Assembly (NCBI GenBank): GCA_945897555.1
Contig: CAMDGF010000001.1
Coordinates: 54,866-118,865 of the forward strand
Source: Klebsiella pneumoniae
GTDB lineage: Bacteria > Pseudomonadota > Gammaproteobacteria > Burkholderiales > UBA3065
Reading direction: 5' to 3'
Length of the DNA: 64,000 nt
Shown here: piece by piece, positions 11,713-23,274 of the stretch
How the letters are laid out: each line of letters starts with the position of its first letter
Position numbering within the stretch: position 1 is the stretch's first letter
Position numbers and translations under genes: made by a program
The notes under the pieces: generated by a model
Database searches by the model: none
The model's input: only the letters and a program-made list of their open reading frames with translations
What the model was told of the DNA's origin: nothing

Positions 11713-11716
<4 letters not shown>
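10961..11716 (-). CDS. modC: molybdate ABC transporter ATP-binding protein (short form, no C-terminal TOBE/Mop domain)
   Basis: Walker [10 protein letters not shown], signature LSGGERQR, Walker B LLLLDEP. ATG at 11716 overlaps the modB stop. Confidence 0.85.
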
Positions 11717-13151
<1,435 letters not shown>

Positions 13152-13417
13152 CTATAACGTCCGACAGATAGGGACTGGCATTCTAGGACGGGGCGGCACC
13201 GCGCGGGTCTGGCAGCGCGGCCGCCAAGCATCGACGCAGGGGTGCCGCAGCACGTCGAATCGGTGTAATCTTCCTTAGGTATCAAGATACAGAGCAGCAC
13301 GTCGGCCCGGGCACAGCCCCGACCCGCAAGAGGGCGCAAAGCCCCGAACAGATGCTGCACGGAGAAAGGCTGTTGCTGCCGGTCATCGCGGACTTGCGTC
13401 GGGACCCACAGGTTGGT

Positions 13418-13433
13418 GGTCCGGGCGTTGCTA
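13418..13433 (+). promoter_or_regulatory. candidate sigma-54 (-24/-12) promoter TGGTCCG-N4-TTGCT
   Basis: Same spacing as the consensus TGGCACG-N4-TTGCW, 32 nt upstream of the ATG at 13465. GGAGGA lies between them. Confidence 0.45.
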
Positions 13434-13464
13434 TCGTGAAAACCAGCCTGCAATGGAGGAATGC

Positions 13465-14985
<1,521 letters not shown>

Positions 14986-15013
14986 GCCGCAGTGCATGGC
15001 AGTACCACGCGAT

Positions 15014-15073
15014 GGGGGCCGGCAACGGCCCCCGTTGTTCTTGGCGGCCGGCAACGGCCCCCGTTGTCATTGG
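15014..15073 (+). repeat. tandem 29-nt direct repeat, each copy holding a GC hairpin with a GCAA loop
   Basis: GGCCGGCAACGGCCCCCGTTGT occurs at 15017-15038 and again at 15046-15067. The first copy forms an 8-bp stem GGGGGCCG/CGGCCCCC. Confidence 0.8.
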
Positions 15074-15088
15074 CTAGGAGATGACCCC

Positions 15089-15469
15089 ATGGTAGACAAG
15101 GTTGTTGCAACCCCCGCCGCACTCGCCTTCATCGAGACGCTCAAGGCCAAGCACGGGCCCAACATGATCTTCCACCAGTCGGGGGGCTGCTGCGACAACA
15201 GCGCAGCCAACCTCTACATGGAGGGCGAAGTGATGGTGTTCAACGACGTCAAGCTCGGCGAGCTCGGCGGCCTACCCTTCTACATCAGCGCATCACAGTA
15301 CGAGTACTGGAAGCGCACGCAGATCATCATCGACGTGGTTGAAGGCGGCCATGGTGGCACCTTCAGCATCGAGGCGTCGGAGGGAAAGGCCTTCATGGCC
15401 GACTCGCGACTGTTCACCGACGAGGAGTGGGCCGACCTGGTCAAGGCCGAGCCTGCACTGGCAGATTGA
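15089..15469 (+). CDS. DUF779 family protein (usual partner of AcoD-type aldehyde dehydrogenases)
   Basis: 126 aa from the internal ATG (MVDKVVATPAAL..FHQSGGCCDNS). Family assignment is from memory. Confidence 0.8.
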   Translation: MVDKVVATPAALAFIETLKAKHGPNMIFHQSGGCCDNSAANLYMEGEVMVFNDVKLGELGGLPFYISASQYEYWKRTQIIIDVVEGGHGGTFSIEASEGKAFMADSRLFTDEEWADLVKAEPALAD

Positions 15470-15478
15470 CCCCAGCCC

Positions 15479-15520
15479 GGCGCCGGTAGTTGCAAGGCGC
15501 ATGCGCCTTCGACCGGCGCC
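15479..15520. terminator. nested GC-rich hairpin between convergent genes
   Basis: GGCGCCGGT...AAGGCGCATGCGCCTT...ACCGGCGCC read directly. Confidence 0.4.
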
Positions 15521-15928
15521 CTACTCGACCCGCACGCGGATCTGCCGCGATGCCACCGGTGGGTCGTGCGGCACGTGGGTGTGGTCGCCGAGGATCAGTT
15601 GCAGGGTGTGGTCACCCGGCGGCAGGCTGATCTCGGCCTCGGTCTGGCCCTTGCCAAAGTGCTTGTGCTGATCGTCGAACGGCACCGGTTGGCCAGCCGG
15701 CGGCAGCGGCGCATCGATGATCAGATGGTGGTGACCGGTGCCCGGCATCTCGATCCCGGCCGGTGCCACGCCCATGCCCTTGAGGCCAAAGCGCACCACG
15801 AAGGGCGACCTCACGGTCTCGCCATCCTGCGGGCTGATGATGTAAGCCTCAGCCGCGGCCAGCGCGCTGGCTGGCGGCATTGCGAGGGCGACGAGAATGG
15901 CGCATGGGGCCAGCATGGAACGGGGCAT
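15521..15928 (-). CDS. secreted DUF4399-like protein
   Basis: Start chosen at MPRSMLAPCAILVALAMPPASALAAAEA (signal peptide). GTGHHHLIID motif. Family recalled from memory. Confidence 0.7.
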   Translation of the reverse strand: MPRSMLAPCAILVALAMPPASALAAAEAYIISPQDGETVRSPFVVRFGLKGMGVAPAGIEMPGTGHHHLIIDAPLPPAGQPVPFDDQHKHFGKGQTEAEISLPPGDHTLQLILGDHTHVPHDPPVASRQIRVRVE

Positions 15929-16013
15929 GGATCGACTCCTCGAAGTGGGCGATGTGTGTTCTTGAGACCGCGCGACACCGCGGTCGCGTTCCCGGCGACT
16001 CAAGGATCAGGCC

Positions 16014-16874
16014 TCAGCGGATGAAGGACCAGTTCTTGTAGAAGATGTGGTTGGTGCGAAGCAGCACCACGCCCAGCTTGTCAACCAGCCGCGCCATCAG
16101 GCCGGTGAACAATCCCGGCCGCACGACATCGATGAATGCGCAATAGCGCGGCGCTTCGGTCTCGTTGAAGGATTGGTGCATGAGGGTGTCGTCAAAGATG
16201 AACATCTTCTCCTCGCGCCACACATTGACGTGCTTGCCGACCTCGATCCAGGCGTCATCGCTCTGCACGTCATTGAGGTTGTAGAGCACACGGATGGTCA
16301 AGCGCAGCGGGCCGAAATGCCGGTTGGTCGACTTTCTGCGGTTGAACACCGACACGCCGATGGTACGAACGAGCGGGTAGCTGCGGCGAAACTCGGGGAT
16401 GTCGATGGGGCCATCGATGTTCTGACCGTACCACTTGAAGAAAAGCATCTCGCGGTCGCCGTCGGTGAGGCGGGTCTGGATCTTTCCCACCAGATCCTCC
16501 CGCTTCATGCTCTCGATGAGGTCACGGATCTCTTGCTGGTGAGCACTGGGCAGGTCCTCCAACCGATACACACCGCGGTTCAGGAACGGCAGATGGAGGA
16601 TGTCGATGAGGATATTGAATGGCGACAGGACCCAAGTGCCCAGACCACGTCCAAAGAAGTACTGGTAGATGGTGTAGCCATCGAGTTGGCTGTTGCGCGC
16701 CACGTCGTAGAGCCCACACAGCAGATAGAACAAAGCGAGCCCCGGTGCCACCCAAACGATGGCAGCGTAGACGGCCAAGCGGATCAAGACGGCTTTGAAC
16801 GTCTTCGCATTCAACCTGACGCGTGGCGAAGGGGTGGCGGATCGCATGTGGCGTAACCCTGTGACTTTGCGCAC
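16014..16874 (-). CDS. aspartyl/asparaginyl beta-hydroxylase family dioxygenase, LpxO-like (lipid A hydroxylase type)
   Basis: 286 aa with an N-terminal TM helix and a C-terminal Fe/2-OG dioxygenase-like region. Start could instead be the ATG at 16847. Confidence 0.7.
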   Translation of the reverse strand: MRKVTGLRHMRSATPSPRVRLNAKTFKAVLIRLAVYAAIVWVAPGLALFYLLCGLYDVARNSQLDGYTIYQYFFGRGLGTWVLSPFNILIDILHLPFLNRGVYRLEDLPSAHQQEIRDLIESMKREDLVGKIQTRLTDGDREMLFFKWYGQNIDGPIDIPEFRRSYPLVRTIGVSVFNRRKSTNRHFGPLRLTIRVLYNLNDVQSDDAWIEVGKHVNVWREEKMFIFDDTLMHQSFNETEAPRYCAFIDVVRPGLFTGLMARLVDKLGVVLLRTNHIFYKNWSFIR

Positions 16875-16897
16875 CGCGCACTATACTCCGCAGCCTG

Positions 16898-18025
16898 ATG
16901 CCATACGCCCTTTCAACTCTGGCGCTGGTCATTCTCATGCTGTGGCATGGGCTGGCTGCAGCGGCCCCGCCGGTGCAGGTCGCGGCACGCAGCTGGCTGC
17001 TCTACGACGCTTCGGCGCGGCAGACTCTGGCAGCCAAGGATGCGGAGCGGCGCTTTGAGCCGGCCTCGCTCACCAAGCTGATGACTGCCTATCTGACTCT
17101 GCAGGCGATCGAGCGCGGCCAGCTCCAGCGCGGTCAGGCCATCACGCCGTCGGCAGTGGCGGCCAAGGCTGCCGGCGCGCGGATGTACGTCGACGAGAGG
17201 CATCCGGCTACGGTGCAGCAGCTGTTGCAAGGGCTGGTCACGGTCAACGCCAACGATGCGGCGCTGGCGCTGGCTGAGGCGGTCGCTGGTAGCGAGGCGC
17301 AGTTCGTCGAACGCATGAATCGGCAGGCTCGGGCGTTGGGCATGGGCAGCACCCGCTTTGCAAACGCCAGCGGGCAGCCGGAGTTGCAGCACTACACCAC
17401 GGCCCTCGACCTGCTGCGCCTGACCGAAGCGCTGCTGCGCGATTTTCCGGATGAATACCGCCTTTTTGCTGCCCGGCAACTGACCTTCAACGGCCTCACC
17501 CAAGCCACCCGCAACCCACTTCTGCTGCGCGACCCGGCGGTGGATGGGCTGATGGCCGGGCAGACCGCCGACTCCGGCTACAGCCTGGTGGCATCCTCGC
17601 AGCGAAGTGGGCGGCGCATCATCGCCATCGTGGTGGGGGCCGATTCCGATCGCATGCGGACCAGCGAAGCGCAGCGCCTGCTCAACCTTGGCTTCACCCG
17701 CTGGGAGGTGATGCGGGTCGGTGGCGTCGAACGCGAACTGGCCAATGTCCGGGTTTGGAAGGGCGATGCCCGCGCGGTGGGCCTGGCCCTCGCCGGCGAG
17801 ACCCTGCTGGCGGTGCCACGCGAGCGCAGCGGCACCATCCGACCCACCATCGAAGTGCGGCAGCTGGTCGAGGCGCCGGTGGCCGCCGGTCAGGCCCTCG
17901 GGCGGCTACGCCTCCTGTCTGGCGAACAGGTGCTGGCGGAATATCCACTCGTCGCGCGACAATCCGTGCCGGTGGGCGGATTCGTGCGCCGCATGATCGA
18001 CACTGCGCTGCTATGGTTGGAGTGA
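16898..18025 (+). CDS. dacC: D-alanyl-D-alanine carboxypeptidase (S11, PBP5/6 type)
   Basis: Signal peptide and the SLTK (SxxK) active-site motif. 375 aa. Confidence 0.85.
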   Translation: MPYALSTLALVILMLWHGLAAAAPPVQVAARSWLLYDASARQTLAAKDAERRFEPASLTKLMTAYLTLQAIERGQLQRGQAITPSAVAAKAAGARMYVDERHPATVQQLLQGLVTVNANDAALALAEAVAGSEAQFVERMNRQARALGMGSTRFANASGQPELQHYTTALDLLRLTEALLRDFPDEYRLFAARQLTFNGLTQATRNPLLLRDPAVDGLMAGQTADSGYSLVASSQRSGRRIIAIVVGADSDRMRTSEAQRLLNLGFTRWEVMRVGGVERELANVRVWKGDARAVGLALAGETLLAVPRERSGTIRPTIEVRQLVEAPVAAGQALGRLRLLSGEQVLAEYPLVARQSVPVGGFVRRMIDTALLWLE

Positions 18026-18026
18026 G

Positions 18027-18869
18027 ATGACGGTCTACCTCAATGGCGATTACATGCCCATCGGCGAGGCGCGAGTGCCTGTGCTCGACCGCGGCTTCCT
18101 GCTGGGTGACGGCGTCTATGAGGTGATACCGGTCTACGGCGGTCGCCCGTTCCGGCTGGCACAGCACCTGGCGCGCCTGCAGAACAGTTGCAACGGCATC
18201 CGCCTGCGCAACCCGCACACGGAGGCGGAGTGGGCTGGACTGATCACGCGCCTCATCGAGCAACAGCCGTTCGCCGACCAGAACCTTTACCTGCAGGTCA
18301 CGCGCGGCGTCGCCAAGCGCGACCATGCCTTCCCGCAGGGCGCCACGCCGACCGTGTTCATGATGTCCAATCCGCTGGTCACGCCAACGCCTGAGCAATT
18401 CGAAGCCGGGGTGTCGGCAGTCTGCGCCACCGACAACCGCTGGCAGCGCTGCGATATCAAATCGATCGCCCTGCTCGCCAACGTGCTGCTGCGGCAGATC
18501 GCGGTAGATGCCGGTGCCACCGAATCGATCCTGTTCCGCGATGGCTACATGACTGAAGGCGCGGCCAGCAACATCTTCGCGGTCAAGCAGGGCGTCATTC
18601 TGGCGCCGCCGCGCAATCACCTCATGCTGCCGGGCATCACCTACGACACCGTCATCGAGCTGGCGCGCGCCCACGACGTCCCCCTCGAGGTGCGCGAGAT
18701 CAGCGAAGCCGAGGTGCGCGCTGCCGACGAACTCTGGCTGACCTCATCGACCAAGGAGATCCTGCCGATCACGCGCCTCGACGGCCGCGTGGTGGGCTCG
18801 GGGGTCGCCGGCCCGCTGGCCCGCCGGATACTGGCGCTGTACCAAGCGCTCAAGCGCTCGGATGGATGA
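18027..18869 (+). CDS. dat: D-amino-acid aminotransferase (class IV PLP aminotransferase)
   Basis: 280 aa (VLDRGFLLGDGVYEVIPVYGG). Sits in the conserved dac-dat-ybeD-lipB-lipA arrangement. Confidence 0.8.
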   Translation: MTVYLNGDYMPIGEARVPVLDRGFLLGDGVYEVIPVYGGRPFRLAQHLARLQNSCNGIRLRNPHTEAEWAGLITRLIEQQPFADQNLYLQVTRGVAKRDHAFPQGATPTVFMMSNPLVTPTPEQFEAGVSAVCATDNRWQRCDIKSIALLANVLLRQIAVDAGATESILFRDGYMTEGAASNIFAVKQGVILAPPRNHLMLPGITYDTVIELARAHDVPLEVREISEAEVRAADELWLTSSTKEILPITRLDGRVVGSGVAGPLARRILALYQALKRSDG

Positions 18870-18939
18870 CATCGGTGGGCGCAGGCTGCGCCCAGACAAC
18901 GGTCGAAGCAAGGTCAAGGCAGTGGAAGGAAGGCGTGCA

Positions 18940-19209
18940 ATGAGCAGCGGGCAGGACAGTCTGATCGAATATCCCTGCGACTTTCCGATCAAGGTCATGG
19001 GTGTGGCAAGCGAGGACTTTGCCAGCATCGTCTGCCACGTGGTGCGCGCACACGCGCCCGACTTTGATGCGACATTGATGAGCACGCGCGCTTCGGCGGG
19101 CGGAAAGTACCTGTCGGTCACCTGCACGGTGCGCGTGGTCTCGCGCGAACAGCTCGACGATCTCTACCGCGACCTCAGCACCCACCCGGCGGTCGCCATG
19201 GTCCTTTGA
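18940..19209 (+). CDS. ybeD: YbeD/DUF493 family protein
   Basis: 89 aa from the internal ATG (MSSGQDSLIEYPCDFPIKVMG), immediately upstream of lipB. Confidence 0.8.
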   Translation: MSSGQDSLIEYPCDFPIKVMGVASEDFASIVCHVVRAHAPDFDATLMSTRASAGGKYLSVTCTVRVVSREQLDDLYRDLSTHPAVAMVL

Positions 19210-19210
19210 C

Positions 19211-19861
19211 GTGCCCATGCGATGTCCCACCCCCACAGTGCGCGCGCTGGGCTGCCAAGCCTACGAGCCGGTCTGGCACGCCATGCGTGAGTTCAGCGCC
19301 AGCCGCTCCGCCACCACCCCCGACGAGCTCTGGTGGCTGGAACACGAGCCGGTGTATACCCTCGGCAAAGCGGGCCGAGCAGAGCACCTGCATGACCCTG
19401 GTGACACCCGGGTGGTGCGCAGCGACCGCGGCGGCCAAGTGACCTGGCACGGCCCAGGCCAATTGGTGGTGTACACACTGCTCGATCTGCACCGGCTCGG
19501 CCTCACCGCACGCGGTGCGGTGAGCCTGCTGGAGGCGGCCGTCGCGGCGGCGCTGGCAGCGGCGGGAATCGCTGCGCTGCCACGCGCCGATGCGCCAGGC
19601 CTCTACACAGGGGGTGCCAAGATCGCGTCGCTCGGCCTGCGTGTGAGCCGAGGTTGCTGCTACCACGGCGTGGCGCTGAACGTCGATTGCGACCTTACGC
19701 CGTTCACCCGCATCGACCCCTGTGGCATGACGGGGCTGGCCATGACGCGAACGATCGACCATGGCTGCAAGAGCGACGTGGACGCTTGGGCGCCGCGGGT
19801 GGTGGAGGCACTGACCTCACGCATCGCCACGCTCGCAGAGCCGGCGGCGACAGCGGCATGA
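19211..19861 (+). CDS. lipB: octanoyltransferase
   Basis: [12 protein letters not shown] and [12 protein letters not shown] motifs. GTG at 19211 (ATG alternative at 19217). Confidence 0.9.
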   Translation: MPMRCPTPTVRALGCQAYEPVWHAMREFSASRSATTPDELWWLEHEPVYTLGKAGRAEHLHDPGDTRVVRSDRGGQVTWHGPGQLVVYTLLDLHRLGLTARGAVSLLEAAVAAALAAAGIAALPRADAPGLYTGGAKIASLGLRVSRGCCYHGVALNVDCDLTPFTRIDPCGMTGLAMTRTIDHGCKSDVDAWAPRVVEALTSRIATLAEPAATAA

Positions 19862-20793
19862 GCCTCGACGCTGGCGCCAAGCAGCGCGGCCGCAGCAAGA
19901 CGGCGCGCAACCCGATCCCGATCGTCGCCGTGGACGCGCCACTGGCCAAGCCGGACTGGATCCGCACCCGGGCACCCGGCGGCGAACGCTTCGAACAGGT
20001 TCGTCGCACGCTGCGCGAGCGCGGTCTGCACTCGGTGTGCGAAGAGGCCAGCTGCCCCAACATCGGTGAATGCTTTGGCGGCGGCACTGCCACCTTCATG
20101 ATCCTCGGCGACATCTGCACGCGACGCTGCCCGTTTTGCGACGTCGCGCACGGCCGGCCGCTGCCACCCGACCCAGCCGAACCCGAGCAACTGGCAGCAG
20201 CGATCGGCGCACTCGGGCTGCGCTACGTGGTCATCACCAGTGTCGACCGCGACGACCTGCGCGACGGCGGCGCACAGCATTTCGCCGACTGCATCGCTGC
20301 CATCCGCGCCGCCTCGCCAGCCACACGGATCGAAGTTCTGGTGCCGGATTTCCGCGGTCGCGCCGAGCGCGCGCTCGACATCCTCGCCGCCACCCCACCC
20401 GATGTGCTCAATCACAATCTGGAGACGGTCCCGCGCCTCTACCGCGAGGCCCGCCCTGGCGCCGATTACGCCGGCTCGCTGGCGCTGCTGCGCGACTTTG
20501 CCGCGCGCCACCCCGGCATCCCTACCAAATCAGGCCTGATGCTCGGGCTCGGCGAGACCGACGACGAGGTGGACGCAGTGCTGCATGACCTGCGCGCCCA
20601 TGGTGTGACCATGCTCACCCTCGGCCAATACCTGCGGCCTGGCGCAGGCCACTTGCCGGTACGGCGCTACGTGACGCCCCAGCGTTTTGAAGATTGGCAC
20701 TCCCAGGCTCTGGCGCTAGGGTTCGAGCGCGCAGCCTGCGGCCCTCTGGTGCGGTCGAGCTATCACGCCGAGACACAGGCCGAGGACACTTAG
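19858..20793 (+). CDS. lipA: lipoyl synthase (radical SAM)
   Basis: ATG at 19858 overlaps the lipB stop (ATGA). [12 protein letters not shown] and CTRRCPFC clusters. Confidence 0.9.
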   Translation: MSLDAGAKQRGRSKTARNPIPIVAVDAPLAKPDWIRTRAPGGERFEQVRRTLRERGLHSVCEEASCPNIGECFGGGTATFMILGDICTRRCPFCDVAHGRPLPPDPAEPEQLAAAIGALGLRYVVITSVDRDDLRDGGAQHFADCIAAIRAASPATRIEVLVPDFRGRAERALDILAATPPDVLNHNLETVPRLYREARPGADYAGSLALLRDFAARHPGIPTKSGLMLGLGETDDEVDAVLHDLRAHGVTMLTLGQYLRPGAGHLPVRRYVTPQRFEDWHSQALALGFERAACGPLVRSSYHAETQAEDT

Positions 20794-20860
20794 CAAGAGC
20801 CCGATAAATTAAGTAGACTAAGAAACCTATGCATTAAACAAACGTGCCAGAGGCGAGCCG

Positions 20861-22900
20861 ATGTCCAGCCCGAGTCCGATGTTGCTCATCACCGTGCTCG
20901 TGGCCGCCATGGTAGCGCTCGTCGTCTTTGTGCTGGCGCAGGGTCGCGGCCGTCGCAAGCGGGCGCGGCAGATCGACGAACTGCGCAGCGCCAATCAACG
21001 GCTGGAAGCACGCGCCCACGAGCTGGCCGAACAGATGACACGGGAGCTGAAAGCGGGCGAGGCTCGCCACCGTCTGATCATGCAAGGCTCCGGGGTGTGC
21101 TTCTGGGACTGGGATGTGAGCCGCGATGAGGTGCACTTCGAGGGTAGCCTCGGCGAAGGCGGCGACCTCGGTTTCGGCAGCGACCGTCTGCCCTCGAACG
21201 TCTGGTTCCGCGCCGTCCACAGCGAGGATCAGGCGCAGATGTGGACGCTGCTCGATGCCCACATGCGCGGCACGACCGCCAGCTTCGAAGCGGAGTACCG
21301 CATCGTCGGCCGTGACCTGCGGCCGCGCTGGGTCATGGCCCGGGCCGTCGTGGTCGATCGCCACGCCGACGGTGCGCCGAGCCGCCTGAGCGGCACCCTG
21401 GTCGACATCGACAAGCGCAAACGGGTCGAGATGGCCCTGGAACAGGAGCGCAGGCTGTTCAACAGCGGCCCGGTCATCGTCATCCGCATCCGGCTCGATG
21501 ACGACCCGGTCTACACCTATTTTTCCAGCAATGTGTACGAGCTCTGGGGTTACCCCCCTGGGTCGCTCGATCACGGCTGCAAGCGCGCCGAGCTGGTCCA
21601 TCCTGACGACCTTGCCCGCACCATGGCGATCTACCGTGAAGTCATCTCCGGTGGTGGCAAGCATCTGCAGACCGAGCTGCGCTACCGGATGCAGGATCAC
21701 AGCTACCGTTGGCATTCGCTGTACGGCAAGGTAATGCGCAGCACCGACCCCACTGAACTGGTCGGCTATCTGATCGACATCGAAGACCGCAAGCAGGTCG
21801 ACCAGGAGATCTCGCAGCAAAAGGCGATGCTCGAGGAACTGGTGGTCAACCTGCGTGACTCCGAGCATGAGCGCACCTTGCTGCACCAGACCGGCGACAT
21901 GCTCAACTCGGCCAAGAACATCGACGAGGCCTGCGCCATCGTGCAGCGCACCGCGCAGGTCATGTTCCCCGGCTGGAGCGGTGCCATCAGCACCAGCGAT
22001 GCCGCCGGCAATCTGACCGTACGCGACCGCTGGGGCGGCCACATGGTCGAACGCATGCTGCCCACCTTCGGCAATGAACAATGCTGGGCTCTGCGTCGCG
22101 GCCGCAGCCACACCTTCCTCGATGCGCGTCGGAGCGTGCCCTGCCAACACCTCGAGTGCGCCGATCACCCACACCCCACGCTGTGTGTGCCCATGGTCGC
22201 CGACGGCAAGGTGGTGGGCGCGCTGCACCTGATGGCCGATGCGCATGCAGTGGACGGCGAGGTGATGCGCACCATGGAGCGCGCCGAGCGACTGGGTGAG
22301 ACGCTTAAGCTGTCACTCTCCAACCTCGGGCTGCGCGCCACCCTGCAGGAACAAGCGGTGCGCGACGGCCTCACCGGCCTCTACAACCGCCGCCTGCTGG
22401 CCGAGCGCCTGCCGGCCGAGATACAGCGTTGCCTGCGCACCGACCAGATGTTGGTGCTGGCGATGATGGACATCGACCACTTCAAGCGCTTCAACGACCA
22501 GTTCGGCCATGAGGCTGGCGACCTGGTGCTGCACGCTGTGGCGCGCTGCATCGGCGAGAGTGTGCGCGGCTACGACCTCGCCTGTCGCTACGGCGGCGAG
22601 GAATTCTGCGTGGTGCTGCCAGGTTGCTCCGTCGACGCGGCCATGGCGCGACTGCAATCCATGCGCCAGATGTCGAGTTCGCTGACGCTGCGACACGGCG
22701 GCCAGCCGCTGCCGCGCGTCACGCTATCGGGCGGCCTGGCGCTGGCACGCGAAGAATCGCCCGAGCAGCTGATCGCCCGCGCCGATGCCGCGCTCTATGC
22801 AGCCAAGGCAGCTGGGCGCGACCGCGTCATCGTCGCCGACGGCGACCGCGCCAGCAGCCCAGCGTCGCTGCGGCTGGTCAACGAGGTTGCCGCCCGCTAG
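20861..22900 (+). CDS. membrane-anchored PAS/GAF sensor diguanylate cyclase
   Basis: 679 aa with an N-terminal TM helix and PAS-like and GAF-like regions. The C-terminal GGDEF domain has RGYD (I-site) followed by GGEEF. Confidence 0.85.
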   Translation: MSSPSPMLLITVLVAAMVALVVFVLAQGRGRRKRARQIDELRSANQRLEARAHELAEQMTRELKAGEARHRLIMQGSGVCFWDWDVSRDEVHFEGSLGEGGDLGFGSDRLPSNVWFRAVHSEDQAQMWTLLDAHMRGTTASFEAEYRIVGRDLRPRWVMARAVVVDRHADGAPSRLSGTLVDIDKRKRVEMALEQERRLFNSGPVIVIRIRLDDDPVYTYFSSNVYELWGYPPGSLDHGCKRAELVHPDDLARTMAIYREVISGGGKHLQTELRYRMQDHSYRWHSLYGKVMRSTDPTELVGYLIDIEDRKQVDQEISQQKAMLEELVVNLRDSEHERTLLHQTGDMLNSAKNIDEACAIVQRTAQVMFPGWSGAISTSDAAGNLTVRDRWGGHMVERMLPTFGNEQCWALRRGRSHTFLDARRSVPCQHLECADHPHPTLCVPMVADGKVVGALHLMADAHAVDGEVMRTMERAERLGETLKLSLSNLGLRATLQEQAVRDGLTGLYNRRLLAERLPAEIQRCLRTDQMLVLAMMDIDHFKRFNDQFGHEAGDLVLHAVARCIGESVRGYDLACRYGGEEFCVVLPGCSVDAAMARLQSMRQMSSSLTLRHGGQPLPRVTLSGGLALAREESPEQLIARADAALYAAKAAGRDRVIVADGDRASSPASLRLVNEVAAR

Positions 22901-22906
22901 AGCGGG

Positions 22907-23230
22907 TCAGTCGGCGCCGAAGCGGTGCCGCACCCGCAGGCGCGCGCCGCTGTCGATCAGCGCAAACAGGCGGTCGATGTTCGGATGCTTGCCCGGATTG
23001 GAGCGCGCATCCTCGGTATGTTCGGCATACAGATCGAGCCCGGTCTGTGCCGCCAAAGGCGTGATGGCGCCGAAGTGCTGGCCCAGAAAGTTGTAGACCG
23101 CGAGTGAGCCGGCCTGACCGGGCTTGTTGTCGATGGTCGCGACGACCACGCCATCTCCGTCAAGCAGGTCCAGGCCCTCGAGGTGCGAGACCGGAGGCAG
23201 TTGCTTGAGGTTATCGGCAAAAGGCATCAC
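22907..23230 (-). CDS. conserved hypothetical protein (possibly DUF2322)
   Basis: 107-aa ORF filling the gap between the DGC and mfd. The PGKHPNIDRL motif is recalled as DUF2322-like; unverified. Confidence 0.5.
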   Translation of the reverse strand: MMPFADNLKQLPPVSHLEGLDLLDGDGVVVATIDNKPGQAGSLAVYNFLGQHFGAITPLAAQTGLDLYAEHTEDARSNPGKHPNIDRLFALIDSGARLRVRHRFGAD

Positions 23231-23274
23231 AAGACTCCTGTAGCAAGTGGACGTTGGACGGGCTCAGGCCGGAA

